This document shows positions 1 through 9,244 of a DNA stretch of 64,000 nucleotides, piece after piece. The stretch lies in assembly GCA_050951545.1 (NCBI GenBank), contig JBMNJG010000012.1:352001-416000 (forward strand), in the 5' to 3' direction. The stretch is from Limnochordia bacterium. GTDB taxonomy: Bacteria; Bacillota; Limnochordia; DTU080. The notes under the pieces were generated by a model. That model saw only the letters and a list, made by a program, of their open reading frames with translations, was not told the origin of the DNA and did no database searches. A program made the position numbers and the translations under genes. Each line of letters opens with the position of its first letter. The stretch's first letter is position 1.

Positions 1-68
1 ACCTGACGCCTATAGGCGCTGGTTGCCGGGCTTCATCGGGCCAGTCCCTCCACCTCTCTTGATAAGAG
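1..68 (-). ncRNA. SAM-I (S-box) riboswitch, truncated by the window edge
   Basis: The minus strand reads CTCTTATCAAGAGAGGTGGAGGGACTGGCCCGATGAAGCCCGGCAACC...GGT, the canonical S-box 5' core. The regulated gene lies outside the window. Confidence 0.93.
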
Positions 69-102
69 CTTCTCTATGCGATTGAAGATCAAGCTGGGTC
101 TG

Positions 103-131
103 AGTATACTCGCTTTTCCCTGGAGTGTCAA
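103..131 (-). promoter_or_regulatory. sigma-A-like promoter driving the SAM riboswitch leader
   Basis: Minus-strand TTGACA-N17-TATACT, about 35 nt upstream of the S-box. Confidence 0.8.
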
Positions 132-428
132 TTGCCTCCTAGAAAATCGTGTTACGCTGTGCGGGCATGTCGGTAGCCTAGTAGCCAATCTTCGCTGGCG
201 GGTACGATGCGGGACACCTTCCCAAGAACATGTGGAGCGGGTTACATCATCAGATGCGTCTGACTTAGGCTCATTCACGGCTTGACGGTCCCCGGAAAGC
301 ACCGCCGTCAGAGCGATGCACTCTAGTAGGGCACGATGAAAAGGTGCCGATTGCATGGCTCGATCGCCATGCAGACTGGTCTCATGGCGTCGCTGATGAC
401 AGCAGTTGATCTAGTGATATGGTATCTT

Positions 429-1688
429 CTATGTGTCGTGACGCCACCACTCTACGCTGGCCACAAAGCGGTCGAGAGCAGCTTCGCGGCGTTCCAGGCG
501 CGAGCGAATCCCTTCTGTGATCTGGCGCGTTTCCTCGGAAGATAGCGTCTCCATGATGCTCTCGGCGGCCTCCAGTGCTTCGCGCCCAGCGGCGTCAGCC
601 GAGAACAGTTCCATAAGCGCTGTCTTGAGCTTCGACCTGTCGAGCCCATGCAGCGTATGCATGGCGGCGATCTGTACGGCGCTAGCCTTGTCTTCGGTGA
701 CCAGTCTCCGCATTTGAGAGCATAGCTCATCTGATGCTGGGGCTAAGCGTACCAGCTTCACAGCCACCTCCCTCACCAGAGGGCTTTCGTGTCGCAGGAG
801 GCTTCGCAATGTGGCGACTAGCGGGCCGCGCTTGGCTGCGCCTATCATCTTACGTGCTTCAGAGGAGTTCTCCTCGGTCGGATCCCAACTGACAATGCCC
901 AACTGTTCATAGGACAACAACACAGCGGCGGCTCTGGTACGTGTCTTGGCATCCACCAGAACAAGCCCTACCAGATCCGCTACCACCTCAGGCAGCAGAC
1001 GTTCTGCAGTTAGGCTAAGTGCCACATCGCGCACACGCGAGTGCTTGTCTCTAAGCCAGCTTGAGATGAGTCTTGCTGGCGCGTTGCGCCCTCCTTCGAG
1101 AAGCGCATCATAGGACTTTTTCTCTAACCTGTCCAGCTTCTCGCCCTCAGGCCTTCGGTAGAATTTGGCGAGCAGGCCTAAGAGCTGTTCATCCTCGGAT
1201 TTTCCCACCAGGTAGATCGCTAGGCATTGCAGGAGATAGTCGTCAGACCACAGGCTGCGGCGAATCGGTTCATAAAGCTCCTCTGAAGAAGCAGAAAGCG
1301 CAATACGAATAAGCTCACCAGCCAACCAGCCTTCATCCGTTAAGGCAATGACTCGAAAGAGCGCGGGCAGGGTACCTGCGGAGACCACTTGAGCTAAAAC
1401 GGCCTTGGCGTCTTCTCGAGCTTCGTAGAACATGTGACGAATATGCCGTTCCAGATCTTGGATGCTGTCATCGCGGTGTGCCCGTTGCATGTAGATGGAA
1501 TAGAAGTGGGCCTGCACTGCCTGGGGCTGCACGCTGACGACACGGAGAAAATAGCGTCCCTTACGTGGCGACAACGCAAGTTGCTCCAGGGCGGACTGAA
1601 CTTCAGGGCGCCAGACATTTTCCTCATCGCGCAGCATATCGAACAGATTCTCAACCTTGAGCCGGTACGTCTCATTATCCATCCTCAT
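429..1688 (-). CDS. HEAT/armadillo-repeat-like protein
   Basis: 419-aa all-helical ORF with HEAT-like motifs (LRDKHSRVRDVAL, LRHESPLVREVAV, DKASAVQIAAM) and an AGAGGGG RBS. Confidence 0.7.
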   Translation of the reverse strand: MRMDNETYRLKVENLFDMLRDEENVWRPEVQSALEQLALSPRKGRYFLRVVSVQPQAVQAHFYSIYMQRAHRDDSIQDLERHIRHMFYEAREDAKAVLAQVVSAGTLPALFRVIALTDEGWLAGELIRIALSASSEELYEPIRRSLWSDDYLLQCLAIYLVGKSEDEQLLGLLAKFYRRPEGEKLDRLEKKSYDALLEGGRNAPARLISSWLRDKHSRVRDVALSLTAERLLPEVVADLVGLVLVDAKTRTRAAAVLLSYEQLGIVSWDPTEENSSEARKMIGAAKRGPLVATLRSLLRHESPLVREVAVKLVRLAPASDELCSQMRRLVTEDKASAVQIAAMHTLHGLDRSKLKTALMELFSADAAGREALEAAESIMETLSSEETRQITEGIRSRLERREAALDRFVASVEWWRHDT

Positions 1689-1867
1689 GCCGACAATAAC
1701 CCCTCTTGGTTGATATTACCCCCAGTACGGTGACTTGTGCAGCTGTAGCTATCCTTGGCAACAGCGCACAAGAAAAAGGGTAGGGCAACCCCTTCTTATA
1801 CCCCAAACGGCGGGCTTGGACTGACAGGGCCATAGGCCCAAGCAATGGTGAAGCGTAATTCACCTTC

Positions 1868-1895
1868 ATTATACCAAAAGTCTTAGCGCTGGCAA
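1868..1895 (-). promoter_or_regulatory. sigma-A-like promoter with extended -10
   Basis: Minus-strand TTGCCA-N16-TATAAT with TG immediately upstream of the -10 (TGGTATAAT). Confidence 0.6.
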
Positions 1896-1923
1896 ATGGG
1901 GGTAGCTCGCGATTAGGTTCGAT

Positions 1924-2550
1924 CTAGTTACCCAGGCGATAGTCCCGATAGGTTATGGTTAGGCGCGTCGCGAATGGTGAGATGCTTGCCTCTTGCTGGG
2001 CCAACACCATAAAGCCCTTCATCAGCGTGTAGGTGTGGCTCACACGTACGGTACCCCAGTTATAGCGAGCTTCGGTTCGCCTCATAAGATGCTCATGCTC
2101 ATCGATCCAGATGCGGCCTTCAATAGCGCCAGAATGAAGCTGAGGTCGACGTACTCCCCTAAGCACGAAGTACGTCTTTTCGCTCACCTGTTCCTTGCCT
2201 CCATATTCCAAACTGAACCCGGCGAGAGCCTTCTCAAAATCAGCAAGATCCGCTAGAAGATCGGGCGGAATAAACGAGGGTGCTCCTTTGGCTTGCACGA
2301 TGACCGCATTGCCGTTGCGCTCGACGGTCGCGCTAAAGCGCCACCTACCTAGGATGCCCGTGATGTCTACATCTTGTGTGAAGCTCACTCGCTTCGGTTG
2401 CAGCATCGCCCCACGCATGAGTGATAGCAGTTGCTCTGCGCTTTCTTGCTCAGCGGCTGCCGCGACAGCCCCACAGGTCATGATAAGGGCAACGATCAGT
2501 AGGGCGCAGAGCAATTGTGCGAAGCCTACGGTGCTGGGTCGCTTTGTCAA
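1924..2550 (-). CDS. secreted LolA/outer-membrane lipoprotein-sorting-like protein
   Basis: Hydrophobic signal peptide ending AAAA and a beta-rich body with GRIWIDEHEHLMRRTE, typical of LolA-like folds. TTG start at 2550 chosen from the RBS; the ORF track starts at 2652. Confidence 0.5.
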   Translation of the reverse strand: MTKRPSTVGFAQLLCALLIVALIMTCGAVAAAAEQESAEQLLSLMRGAMLQPKRVSFTQDVDITGILGRWRFSATVERNGNAVIVQAKGAPSFIPPDLLADLADFEKALAGFSLEYGGKEQVSEKTYFVLRGVRRPQLHSGAIEGRIWIDEHEHLMRRTEARYNWGTVRVSHTYTLMKGFMVLAQQEASISPFATRLTITYRDYRLGN

Positions 2551-2674
2551 GCTGGTCCTCGCTTTCTTGCCGCATTCCTGCGGGAATGCTATGCTAGGAG
2601 CAAGCCATGAGGAGATATTCAAATACGCTCCCGCCCAAACAAGTTCGAACACTCCCTTTAGAGAGGAAACGCCG

Positions 2675-3514
2675 ATGAACGATCAGCCCAAGGAGCGTGT
2701 GTGGACGCTCAGCGAAGAAGAGATCGCCAATCCCATTTGCCAGGGTTGTGATGAGGCACTACAGGTCGGACAGGAAGTAGCGGAATGCCCTCGATGCAAA
2801 GCGCTCCATCATCTTTCGTGCTGGATACGACGAGGGGGTTGCGCTCAACATGGCTGTCCGCAGACGGCCGATGCATCGCTGACCGAGACCGTAACTCCCA
2901 CATACGACCCCCCCGCACGGGAAACTCTGGCCTGGTTGCCAGTGGCCATCACCATCTTGCTTCTTTTGCTTGTTGTAGGTGGTGGCATCTGGGCGTTTGT
3001 TAACCAGCCGTCATCAAAAGGTCATCTCACCATCATGGTGACCACTGGACCCGATGTCGATAGTCTGCAGCACCTAGCGGCTGACTTTAGTAGCGCTCAC
3101 GAAGGTCTGGAAGTGAGTGTGCTTGTTCTCCCTGCAGACTCTACTGAGATGTACGAACAGAAGCTGATCATTATGCTTGCTGCCAAGGACCCCCCAGACA
3201 TCATCATACTTCCTTACTCGCGGTTTCTCGTGTACGCTGCCCAGGGGGCTTTAGCACCGCTTGATGCGATAAAAGAGACAGTTGCCCAGGCCGTTCCCTA
3301 CGGCAAACGCCTGGCGAATGGAGAAGCGAATGGTCAATTCTATGGCGTTCCTCACCCTTCGCGCCCAGGCATTCTTGCCGTACCCGCTTCTAGCCACAAT
3401 CTAGTGGAGGCCACGGGGCTGCTGCTTCATGTGGTCAAGGGCCTTCCGTTTACAGCGGATCTTGATGACCTTGCTGGGGGCCAGCCACTGATCGCCGAGT
3501 CCAAAGATAAGTGA
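2675..3514 (+). CDS. prokaryotic RING-finger / transmembrane / partial extracellular solute-binding domain protein
   Basis: ATG at 2675 after GAGAGG. CQGC...CPRC...HHLSCW...GGCAQHGC zinc motif, then one TM helix, then an SBP-like lobe (YEQKLIIMLAAKDPPDII, GALAPLD, GQFYGVP). Confidence 0.7.
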   Translation: MNDQPKERVWTLSEEEIANPICQGCDEALQVGQEVAECPRCKALHHLSCWIRRGGCAQHGCPQTADASLTETVTPTYDPPARETLAWLPVAITILLLLLVVGGGIWAFVNQPSSKGHLTIMVTTGPDVDSLQHLAADFSSAHEGLEVSVLVLPADSTEMYEQKLIIMLAAKDPPDIIILPYSRFLVYAAQGALAPLDAIKETVAQAVPYGKRLANGEANGQFYGVPHPSRPGILAVPASSHNLVEATGLLLHVVKGLPFTADLDDLAGGQPLIAESKDK

Positions 3515-3589
3515 GTCTACTGACTGTCATTGGTTACGCATTCCTGTCGGATGCCTGCGCTATGCGGCTGGCATTAGCTGGGCAAGAGT

Positions 3590-3627
3590 GGTTTCGGATT
3601 AGAGCTGTCCGCCACTAATCCGAAACC
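3590..3627. terminator. hairpin between convergent genes, probable terminator
   Basis: Perfect 13-bp stem GGTTTCGGATTAG / CTAATCCGAAACC. Confidence 0.6.
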
Positions 3628-3649
3628 GAGTGACCCAAGAGGGTTAGGG

Positions 3650-4519
3650 TTACCAGTCCAGTTCTGAAAGAACGGCCCTGATATAGCGGATATCCTGCTG
3701 GGCGTACCATTCGCGATCGCCCGCCCGAGGCGCTTCAATGCACAACGGCCCATCGTACCCGGATGCCTTGAGCAGCTGAAGAAACTCGCGGTTGTTGATC
3801 TCACCCTCGCCTAAAGCAGAGGCCAGTCGTCCGCCGCTCGGAAGGCGAACCGAGTTTTTCAGGTGGACGTAATACAGTCTGTCACCACACTCAGCTATCG
3901 AGTCTGCGACGGAACGGGTACCCTGAAAGAAGACGACGTTGCCGTGATCGAGATTGATACCTACCGCTGGGTTGTCGATCATGTCGACAAGTCTGCGAGA
4001 GGGTGCGGGTAGGTCATGCAGGTAGCCCATATGGGTCTCAAAGGCAAGGCGGAAGCCGAGTGTGCCAGCCAATTCGCCCAGGCGCTTAAACCCCTGCGCC
4101 GCCTGCTGCCAGTGCTCCTCGGTAGCCACCGCTGAACCTTGCTTATCGTATTGGGCGTAGGGCACGCTGCGATCTGGGTTGCGCAGCGATCCAGCCATTG
4201 TGTTGCACACGGTAAGCTCAAACCGCTGGGCTGCCAGAGTAAAGAAGTGCTCGTACTCTGCCAGATTAGCCTCGCGTTCGTCGGCACTGCTGACCATCAA
4301 ATCTGGCCCAGGTCCTCCAAACAGCACATAGCGGAGCCCCGATTTCCTCTGTGCAGCCGCGATGGAGTCCAGATACTCCTCCACGCTCTCCGGAACCGAA
4401 CGCCGCTGACGGCGGAACTCGATGCCGTCGAAGCCCCAGCGCACAGCTTTCGTACACATCTCTTCGATCGTTTGACCCTGTTCGCAGTAGTTCACATGCA
4501 TGATAACGGGTTGTGCCAC
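3650..4519 (-). CDS. sugar phosphate isomerase/epimerase (xylose-isomerase-like TIM barrel)
   Basis: GFDGIE, LAFETH, INLDHGN, VHLKN, GYDGPLCIE motifs. GTG start after GGGAGG. Confidence 0.85.
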   Translation of the reverse strand: MAQPVIMHVNYCEQGQTIEEMCTKAVRWGFDGIEFRRQRRSVPESVEEYLDSIAAAQRKSGLRYVLFGGPGPDLMVSSADEREANLAEYEHFFTLAAQRFELTVCNTMAGSLRNPDRSVPYAQYDKQGSAVATEEHWQQAAQGFKRLGELAGTLGFRLAFETHMGYLHDLPAPSRRLVDMIDNPAVGINLDHGNVVFFQGTRSVADSIAECGDRLYYVHLKNSVRLPSGGRLASALGEGEINNREFLQLLKASGYDGPLCIEAPRAGDREWYAQQDIRYIRAVLSELDW

Positions 4520-4566
4520 GGGTAAACGCCTCCCACCGGAAATCCTTTTTTGCGCTATGGATGAAG

Positions 4567-5748
4567 TCAACACTCCATGATCGCTCGGATACGGTCTCGA
4601 ATAATCCCCTCAATCGCGGGGTCAAACGGCGCTGGCAGGTTGTAGACCTTCGCCGAGGTGTCTGGCTCGTAGCCACCCTCAGCAAAGTAACGAGTCGGCG
4701 CAATATAGCCAATGAGCCCATTGCTGTAGGCGACAGGGATCAGATGACGTTGCGGTTGAAGGTTCTTGATGAACAACCCGTAGTCGCAGCACACCTCGCC
4801 ACTCATCCCGACTAGAGAGAGCTCACGTGCCAGATCGAGGCGGTACAGATGGAACGCAGAGGTGTGGCGTCCATCGGCCAATGGCAGGTCCAAGACCTCC
4901 ATGCGGTGGTGGAGATGACCTGTTAGCTCTGTGGATGAGTGCTCCAGGACGCGGTTCACTTCCGCGCCCAAGGCATTACCAAAGAGCGTCACTTCCTGCG
5001 GCAGACCAGAGCGAAACCTCCTGGCACCAATCAGAGTGCAGTTAGGACGAACATCACCACAACAGCCCGCCAAAAAACCGGCACTCACACCAGGCAACGT
5101 ATTTTCCAGCCAGCGACGGGCCGCTCCCGGGTACTCCGCCGATATGGTGTAGTCTCCTAGGACAGTAGGATGGCATGTGAAGTGGAAGAGTATGCCTAAC
5201 ACTTGGGCGGTATGAGCATCGCAGAATGAGATGACCACGACCTCATCGTCGCGTACTCCAGCGGTGTTCGGAGCCATGACGGTGGTGCTACCAGTGGACA
5301 CTCGACGGTTGATGCTGTAGCCAGTAAGCTGACCTCTTCCCAGCTTGATCGTCACCTCGCACAGCTGTTGGCGCGCTTCATCCATCGCATCGATCAGTTT
5401 TTCCTGGAGATCATAGAGATAATCGGCGTCTGGCGGGCCTCCCGCGGTCAACAGGCCGTCTGCCGTCTGCGGGCCTGAGTGTGTATGACTGGCTGCCAGG
5501 AAAACACAGTCGGGTGCCAGCCCAAGGCGCTCCAAAGCCGCGGCCTTGACCCCGTCGTTAAGAGTAGCCCCAAAACCGATGATATCAGCCGTAACGATAC
5601 AGGCATTCTTGCCGTCTTCCTCTAACCAGAAGACACGGGCTTCAAGATCGTCCCGAACCGCTTCGGAGCCATGGTTGCGAAATCCAAAACCAGCCAGAGC
5701 AATCCCAACAGGTGGAGTAATGGAAAGCCTGGCTGTGCCCAATCGCAC
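4567..5748 (-). CDS. neutral/alkaline ceramidase-family metallohydrolase
   Basis: ITPPVG..LAGF, ASHTHSGP, FTCHPT, SAEYPG, GCCGD and EGGYE motifs. Confidence 0.8.
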   Translation of the reverse strand: MRLGTARLSITPPVGIALAGFGFRNHGSEAVRDDLEARVFWLEEDGKNACIVTADIIGFGATLNDGVKAAALERLGLAPDCVFLAASHTHSGPQTADGLLTAGGPPDADYLYDLQEKLIDAMDEARQQLCEVTIKLGRGQLTGYSINRRVSTGSTTVMAPNTAGVRDDEVVVISFCDAHTAQVLGILFHFTCHPTVLGDYTISAEYPGAARRWLENTLPGVSAGFLAGCCGDVRPNCTLIGARRFRSGLPQEVTLFGNALGAEVNRVLEHSSTELTGHLHHRMEVLDLPLADGRHTSAFHLYRLDLARELSLVGMSGEVCCDYGLFIKNLQPQRHLIPVAYSNGLIGYIAPTRYFAEGGYEPDTSAKVYNLPAPFDPAIEGIIRDRIRAIMEC

Positions 5749-5817
5749 ATGGATCGCCTCCTACAGGTTGAGCACCGACGTAGGGTTAGTACCCCCTACG
5801 TCGGCGCAACTAGCAGA

Positions 5818-6816
5818 CTACTGAACCTCGACGCGTGTGCCAGTGACAGCCGACTCGTGAGCCGCCATGGCGATGGCGACCACGTGTCGCCCTGCATGGC
5901 TATCGGCCTCGGGTGGTGTGCCAGTGCGGATCGACTCCACGAAGGCCACCATTTCATCATGCAACCCGTTGTTGCTGTCAGTCGGTATCTGGACAAGCTG
6001 CTCTCCGTGCTTGTGCAACAGGATTGGACCAGCAGCTGAGCCGGAGGTCAGCTTAGCTGTCCCCTTCGTCCCGGTTATTCCTAGCTCATAGCTGCCGATG
6101 CGGTGGACTCGACTGGAGGCTAACGAACCTACCGCCCCAGACTCAAACTCCATGCCGATGAAGATGCCCTCCTCCACCGTATTAGCTGGATCATCACCGC
6201 ATCTCATTGTTGCCTGTACGGCACGCACATCACCGGCCAACCAGGCGAGTTGATCAAGCTCATGGCTATAGAGCGAGAAGAGCCCGCCGTATGTCTCTTT
6301 CTTCAGTTGCCACCCACCTACGCCTCCGCCAGGACCCATACCAAAGCGAATGGCATGTGTTAAGCGAATGTCACCCAACTCTCCAGCGGCGACCAGTCGC
6401 TTTAGCTCGCGAAAAGACGCCTGGTAGCGGCGAACATAACCGATCATCAGCAAAACACCCGCGCGTTTTGTGGCCTCGATCATCGCATCGCATTGGGCCA
6501 GGGTCAAGGCCATTGGTTTCTCGCAGAAAACGTGCACGCCCGCCGCAGCTGCATCAATCGTGAGTTCAGCGTGTGTGAAGTTTGGTGTCACGATAGCCAC
6601 AGCATCAAGCTTCTCTTCGGCGAACATCGTCTTGTGGCATGCATAGACACTGGGGTTGGTACCCAGCTCGGAAGCGAGGGCCTGGGCAGACTCCGCGGAA
6701 GCGTCACACAAAGCGACGAGCTCCAGGTTTGGGATAATCTTCATATTTCGTGCATGTTGCCTGCCAAGACCGCCGCAACCTATCAGCCCAATCCGTATCG
6801 CCTTCTTACTAGTCAT
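5818..6816 (-). CDS. Gfo/Idh/MocA family oxidoreductase
   Basis: IGLIGCGGLG Rossmann motif, CEKPMA and HELD. Confidence 0.9.
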   Translation of the reverse strand: MTSKKAIRIGLIGCGGLGRQHARNMKIIPNLELVALCDASAESAQALASELGTNPSVYACHKTMFAEEKLDAVAIVTPNFTHAELTIDAAAAGVHVFCEKPMALTLAQCDAMIEATKRAGVLLMIGYVRRYQASFRELKRLVAAGELGDIRLTHAIRFGMGPGGGVGGWQLKKETYGGLFSLYSHELDQLAWLAGDVRAVQATMRCGDDPANTVEEGIFIGMEFESGAVGSLASSRVHRIGSYELGITGTKGTAKLTSGSAAGPILLHKHGEQLVQIPTDSNNGLHDEMVAFVESIRTGTPPEADSHAGRHVVAIAMAAHESAVTGTRVEVQ

Positions 6817-7020
6817 TCAGATCCACCGTCCCTTGCTTTATTACTGATCTTCAGTAGCGATCGTACCTATGTGGCTGAGCAACCTCGTACCTTCGTTCGC
6901 CTGTGTCAACTTTAGCAAGAAACTCAAGAAAGTGCGCACACCTACTTACGAAATACCCCGTCTATATACGGTCTTGGCTTGCCATTACCCTTCCTTGGAC
7001 GGCAAAAAGAGTCAGACATC

Positions 7021-7656
7021 TCATGACGATGCCATGCGCCGAGCAAAGACCCTAGCTGGTGCGCCGTCGCTGCCCACGAGGCAAAGGGGAGCGACCACCA
7101 AAAAGACCTCCTCTCCGGCAAACTCCTCCAGAGCCACTAGTCCTTCGACCAAGACCACACCCGAAGAAAGCAAGAGATCATGGAGGGCCAGGCAATGTGT
7201 GGCATGGATGTTTGGCGCATCTGTACCAATGAGGCGCACTCCATTGCCTCTGGCGAACCGTGCAGCATCGAGCGAAAGCCCAGGCATTTCTGTGAAGAAC
7301 TGGGGCGTCCCGAGATGCTGGTCCCACCCAGTACAAAGAAGCAGCCTTTGGCATGGAAGCGCCGCCTCGAGGTCTGCTACTGTCATCTCCTCTCCGGGAG
7401 CGCGGTGGCGGAGATCAACCACCCTTGCCGGACCGATCAGTGCCTCAAGAGGAAGCTGATCCGCGGTAAGCCCGCCTGGGACAAAGTGGCTGGGCGCATC
7501 GACGTGCGTCCCCGAGTGGCTGCCCAGATGCCACTGCGTAAGGCGGAAGCTGGCTTCGGGGTAGTCGCTGACCAATCTGCATACGATTGGGGGGTCTCCG
7601 GGAAACACGGGTGTGTCGACCGAGATGGGAAGAGTAAGATCACGCCAGTGGTGCAT
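7021..7656 (-). CDS. cyclase family protein (kynurenine formamidase-like)
   Basis: FPGDP, HSGTHVDAPSHF and DGAPARV motifs. Confidence 0.88.
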   Translation of the reverse strand: MHHWRDLTLPISVDTPVFPGDPPIVCRLVSDYPEASFRLTQWHLGSHSGTHVDAPSHFVPGGLTADQLPLEALIGPARVVDLRHRAPGEEMTVADLEAALPCQRLLLCTGWDQHLGTPQFFTEMPGLSLDAARFARGNGVRLIGTDAPNIHATHCLALHDLLLSSGVVLVEGLVALEEFAGEEVFLVVAPLCLVGSDGAPARVFARRMASS

Positions 7657-7825
7657 CTGTGCATGCCGCCCCTCTTGTCGAATACTTGGGTGTCGACAGC
7701 TGATCTCCTTTTACCTGTTACTTGATTGCCGAAAAACCGGATCCCGTGCATACAGGAACCGTGGGGCTTGCAGATCTGGTAGAATGATGGAAGTGATCGA
7801 AGAACGGCGAATAGGAGCATGTCCC

Positions 7826-8419
7826 ATGGGTGTACAAGCCAGAAACGTAGACGTTGCCAAAGAGGTAGAGGGTGTATCACTGGTTGAGGTCTTCGTGACC
7901 TTCGCGCGCATTGGGGCCTTTACCTTCGGGGGAGGTCTTGCCATGCTGCCCTTGTTTGAGAGAGAAGTGATCGATAGCAAGGGCTGGATTTCGCGTGAAG
8001 AGGTCTTGGACATCTACGCCATCAGTCAGTCCATCCCTGGTGTCATTGCAGGAAACGCAGCTGCTTTCATCGGTTATCGCCTGGCTGGCATTGCGGGGGC
8101 CGTGGCCGCGCTAATGGGGGTTATGGTACCCTCCCTCATCGTGATCATAGCTATCGCTACGTATTTCACCCAGTTTCGCGAGAATTTCTATGTGGCAAAG
8201 GCTCTGCAAGGAGCCAGGGCGTCGGTCGCTGCACTGATCATCCTAGCCGCTGTCCGTATCGGTCGGGCCTCACTGAAAAACACCTTCTCAGTGGTACTCG
8301 CCACATTGGCCCTGCTGATGGCCCTGTTGACAGATGTCGACATGATCTATGTGATCCTGGCTGGCGGCCTGTTAGGAATGTTCGCTTGCAGGATAACGTC
8401 GGGAGGCGGACAGCAATGA
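7826..8419 (+). CDS. short-chain chromate transporter (CHR family), subunit 1
   Basis: FARIGAFTFGGG and SQSIPG motifs. ATG at 7826 after AGGAG. Confidence 0.88.
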   Translation: MGVQARNVDVAKEVEGVSLVEVFVTFARIGAFTFGGGLAMLPLFEREVIDSKGWISREEVLDIYAISQSIPGVIAGNAAAFIGYRLAGIAGAVAALMGVMVPSLIVIIAIATYFTQFRENFYVAKALQGARASVAALIILAAVRIGRASLKNTFSVVLATLALLMALLTDVDMIYVILAGGLLGMFACRITSGGGQQ

Positions 8420-8964
8420 TCTATCTGCAACTGCTCTGGGTCTTCTTCCGACTCGGTCTGTTCACCGTAGGGGGCGGATACGCCATGCTGCCGCTGATCC
8501 AAGCAGAGATTGAGGGCCGTGGCTGGATTACGGCCGCCGAATTCGTCGACATGCTGGCCATCGCTGAGATGACGCCCGGCCCTGTGGGCGTCAATACTGC
8601 TACCTTCGTAGGATACCGTTTAGCGGGGGTTGCGGGCGCAGTTCTCGCCACCACTGGTATTGTCCTGCCATCATTGATCTTTGTACTACTGATCTCGAAA
8701 GCCTTGGACAAGTTTCGTGACCATCCCACGGTAGAGGCTATTCTATGCGGGATCCGACCCGTTGTAGCTGGTCTGATCGCTTCCGCGGCGGTATTCGTCA
8801 CTCAAGCGGCCATTGTCAGTGAAGGGTCCGCTCAGGGCATGCTCAGAGTGGATCCGGTGGCCATCATTCTCTGCCTCGCTAGTATCGTCGCAGTGGGCAG
8901 ATACCGGCTACATCCTATCAGTGCCATCGTGGCAGCGGGGATAGTGGGAACGCTTGTTTTCTGA
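8416..8964 (+). CDS. short-chain chromate transporter (CHR family), subunit 2
   Basis: GLFTVGGGY and AEMTPGPVGVNTATFVG motifs. ATGA overlap with the upstream CHR gene. Confidence 0.9.
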   Translation: MIYLQLLWVFFRLGLFTVGGGYAMLPLIQAEIEGRGWITAAEFVDMLAIAEMTPGPVGVNTATFVGYRLAGVAGAVLATTGIVLPSLIFVLLISKALDKFRDHPTVEAILCGIRPVVAGLIASAAVFVTQAAIVSEGSAQGMLRVDPVAIILCLASIVAVGRYRLHPISAIVAAGIVGTLVF

Positions 8965-9017
8965 CCTTCGGCGTCTGTCCTAGCCTCGCACAGCGGTACT
9001 TCATGCCGATCCACGTA

Positions 9018-9044
9018 AAGAGGGCGCTCAGCGCCCTCTTTTAT
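9018..9044 (+). terminator. intrinsic terminator after the CHR pair
   Basis: AAAGAGGGCGCT-C-AGCGCCCTCTTT inverted repeat followed by a T-rich tract. Confidence 0.7.
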
Positions 9045-9159
9045 TGTATGCTGGGCCGTGGCCACAGGCCGCTGATGTTCGTTAGGAATCACAAAAGGCG
9101 TAGCAAATGTCACAAGGATTCCAGCCCTTTCCATTCTAGAATGAACACCGCCCCATGTA

Positions 9160-9195
9160 TAGGACCATACTCCTACTTATGGGACCAATGTCGGG
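9160..9195. promoter_or_regulatory. tandem NarL/LuxR-type candidate operator palindromes
   Basis: TAGGA-CCATAC-TCCTA (9160-9175), plus a degenerate copy TGGGA-CCAATG-TCGGG starting 20 bp later. Confidence 0.4.
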
Positions 9196-9244
9196 CGTGC
9201 ACGTCGATGGTGCCGCATCGAAGGACTCTCGGAGGAGTGTCAAC

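Noticed and set aside
145-161. Motif AATnGTGTTACGCTnTG shared with about 42621-42637 as a regulator site
   Set aside because: There are only two copies near functionally unrelated genes; an extended -10 element (TGnTACGCT) or chance explains it more simply.
2195-2674. N-terminal extension of the 439-aa ORF
   Set aside because: It overlaps the opposite-strand LolA-like gene, and a good RBS and ATG at 2675 define the likely start.
429-3514. Prokaryotic ubiquitin system built from the RING and HEAT proteins
   Set aside because: No E1, E2, JAB or ubiquitin-like genes are in the window, and the two genes are divergently oriented.
6869-7725. Plus-strand ORFs of 196 and 181 aa
   Set aside because: They are antisense shadows of the cyclase gene with no protein-like motifs.
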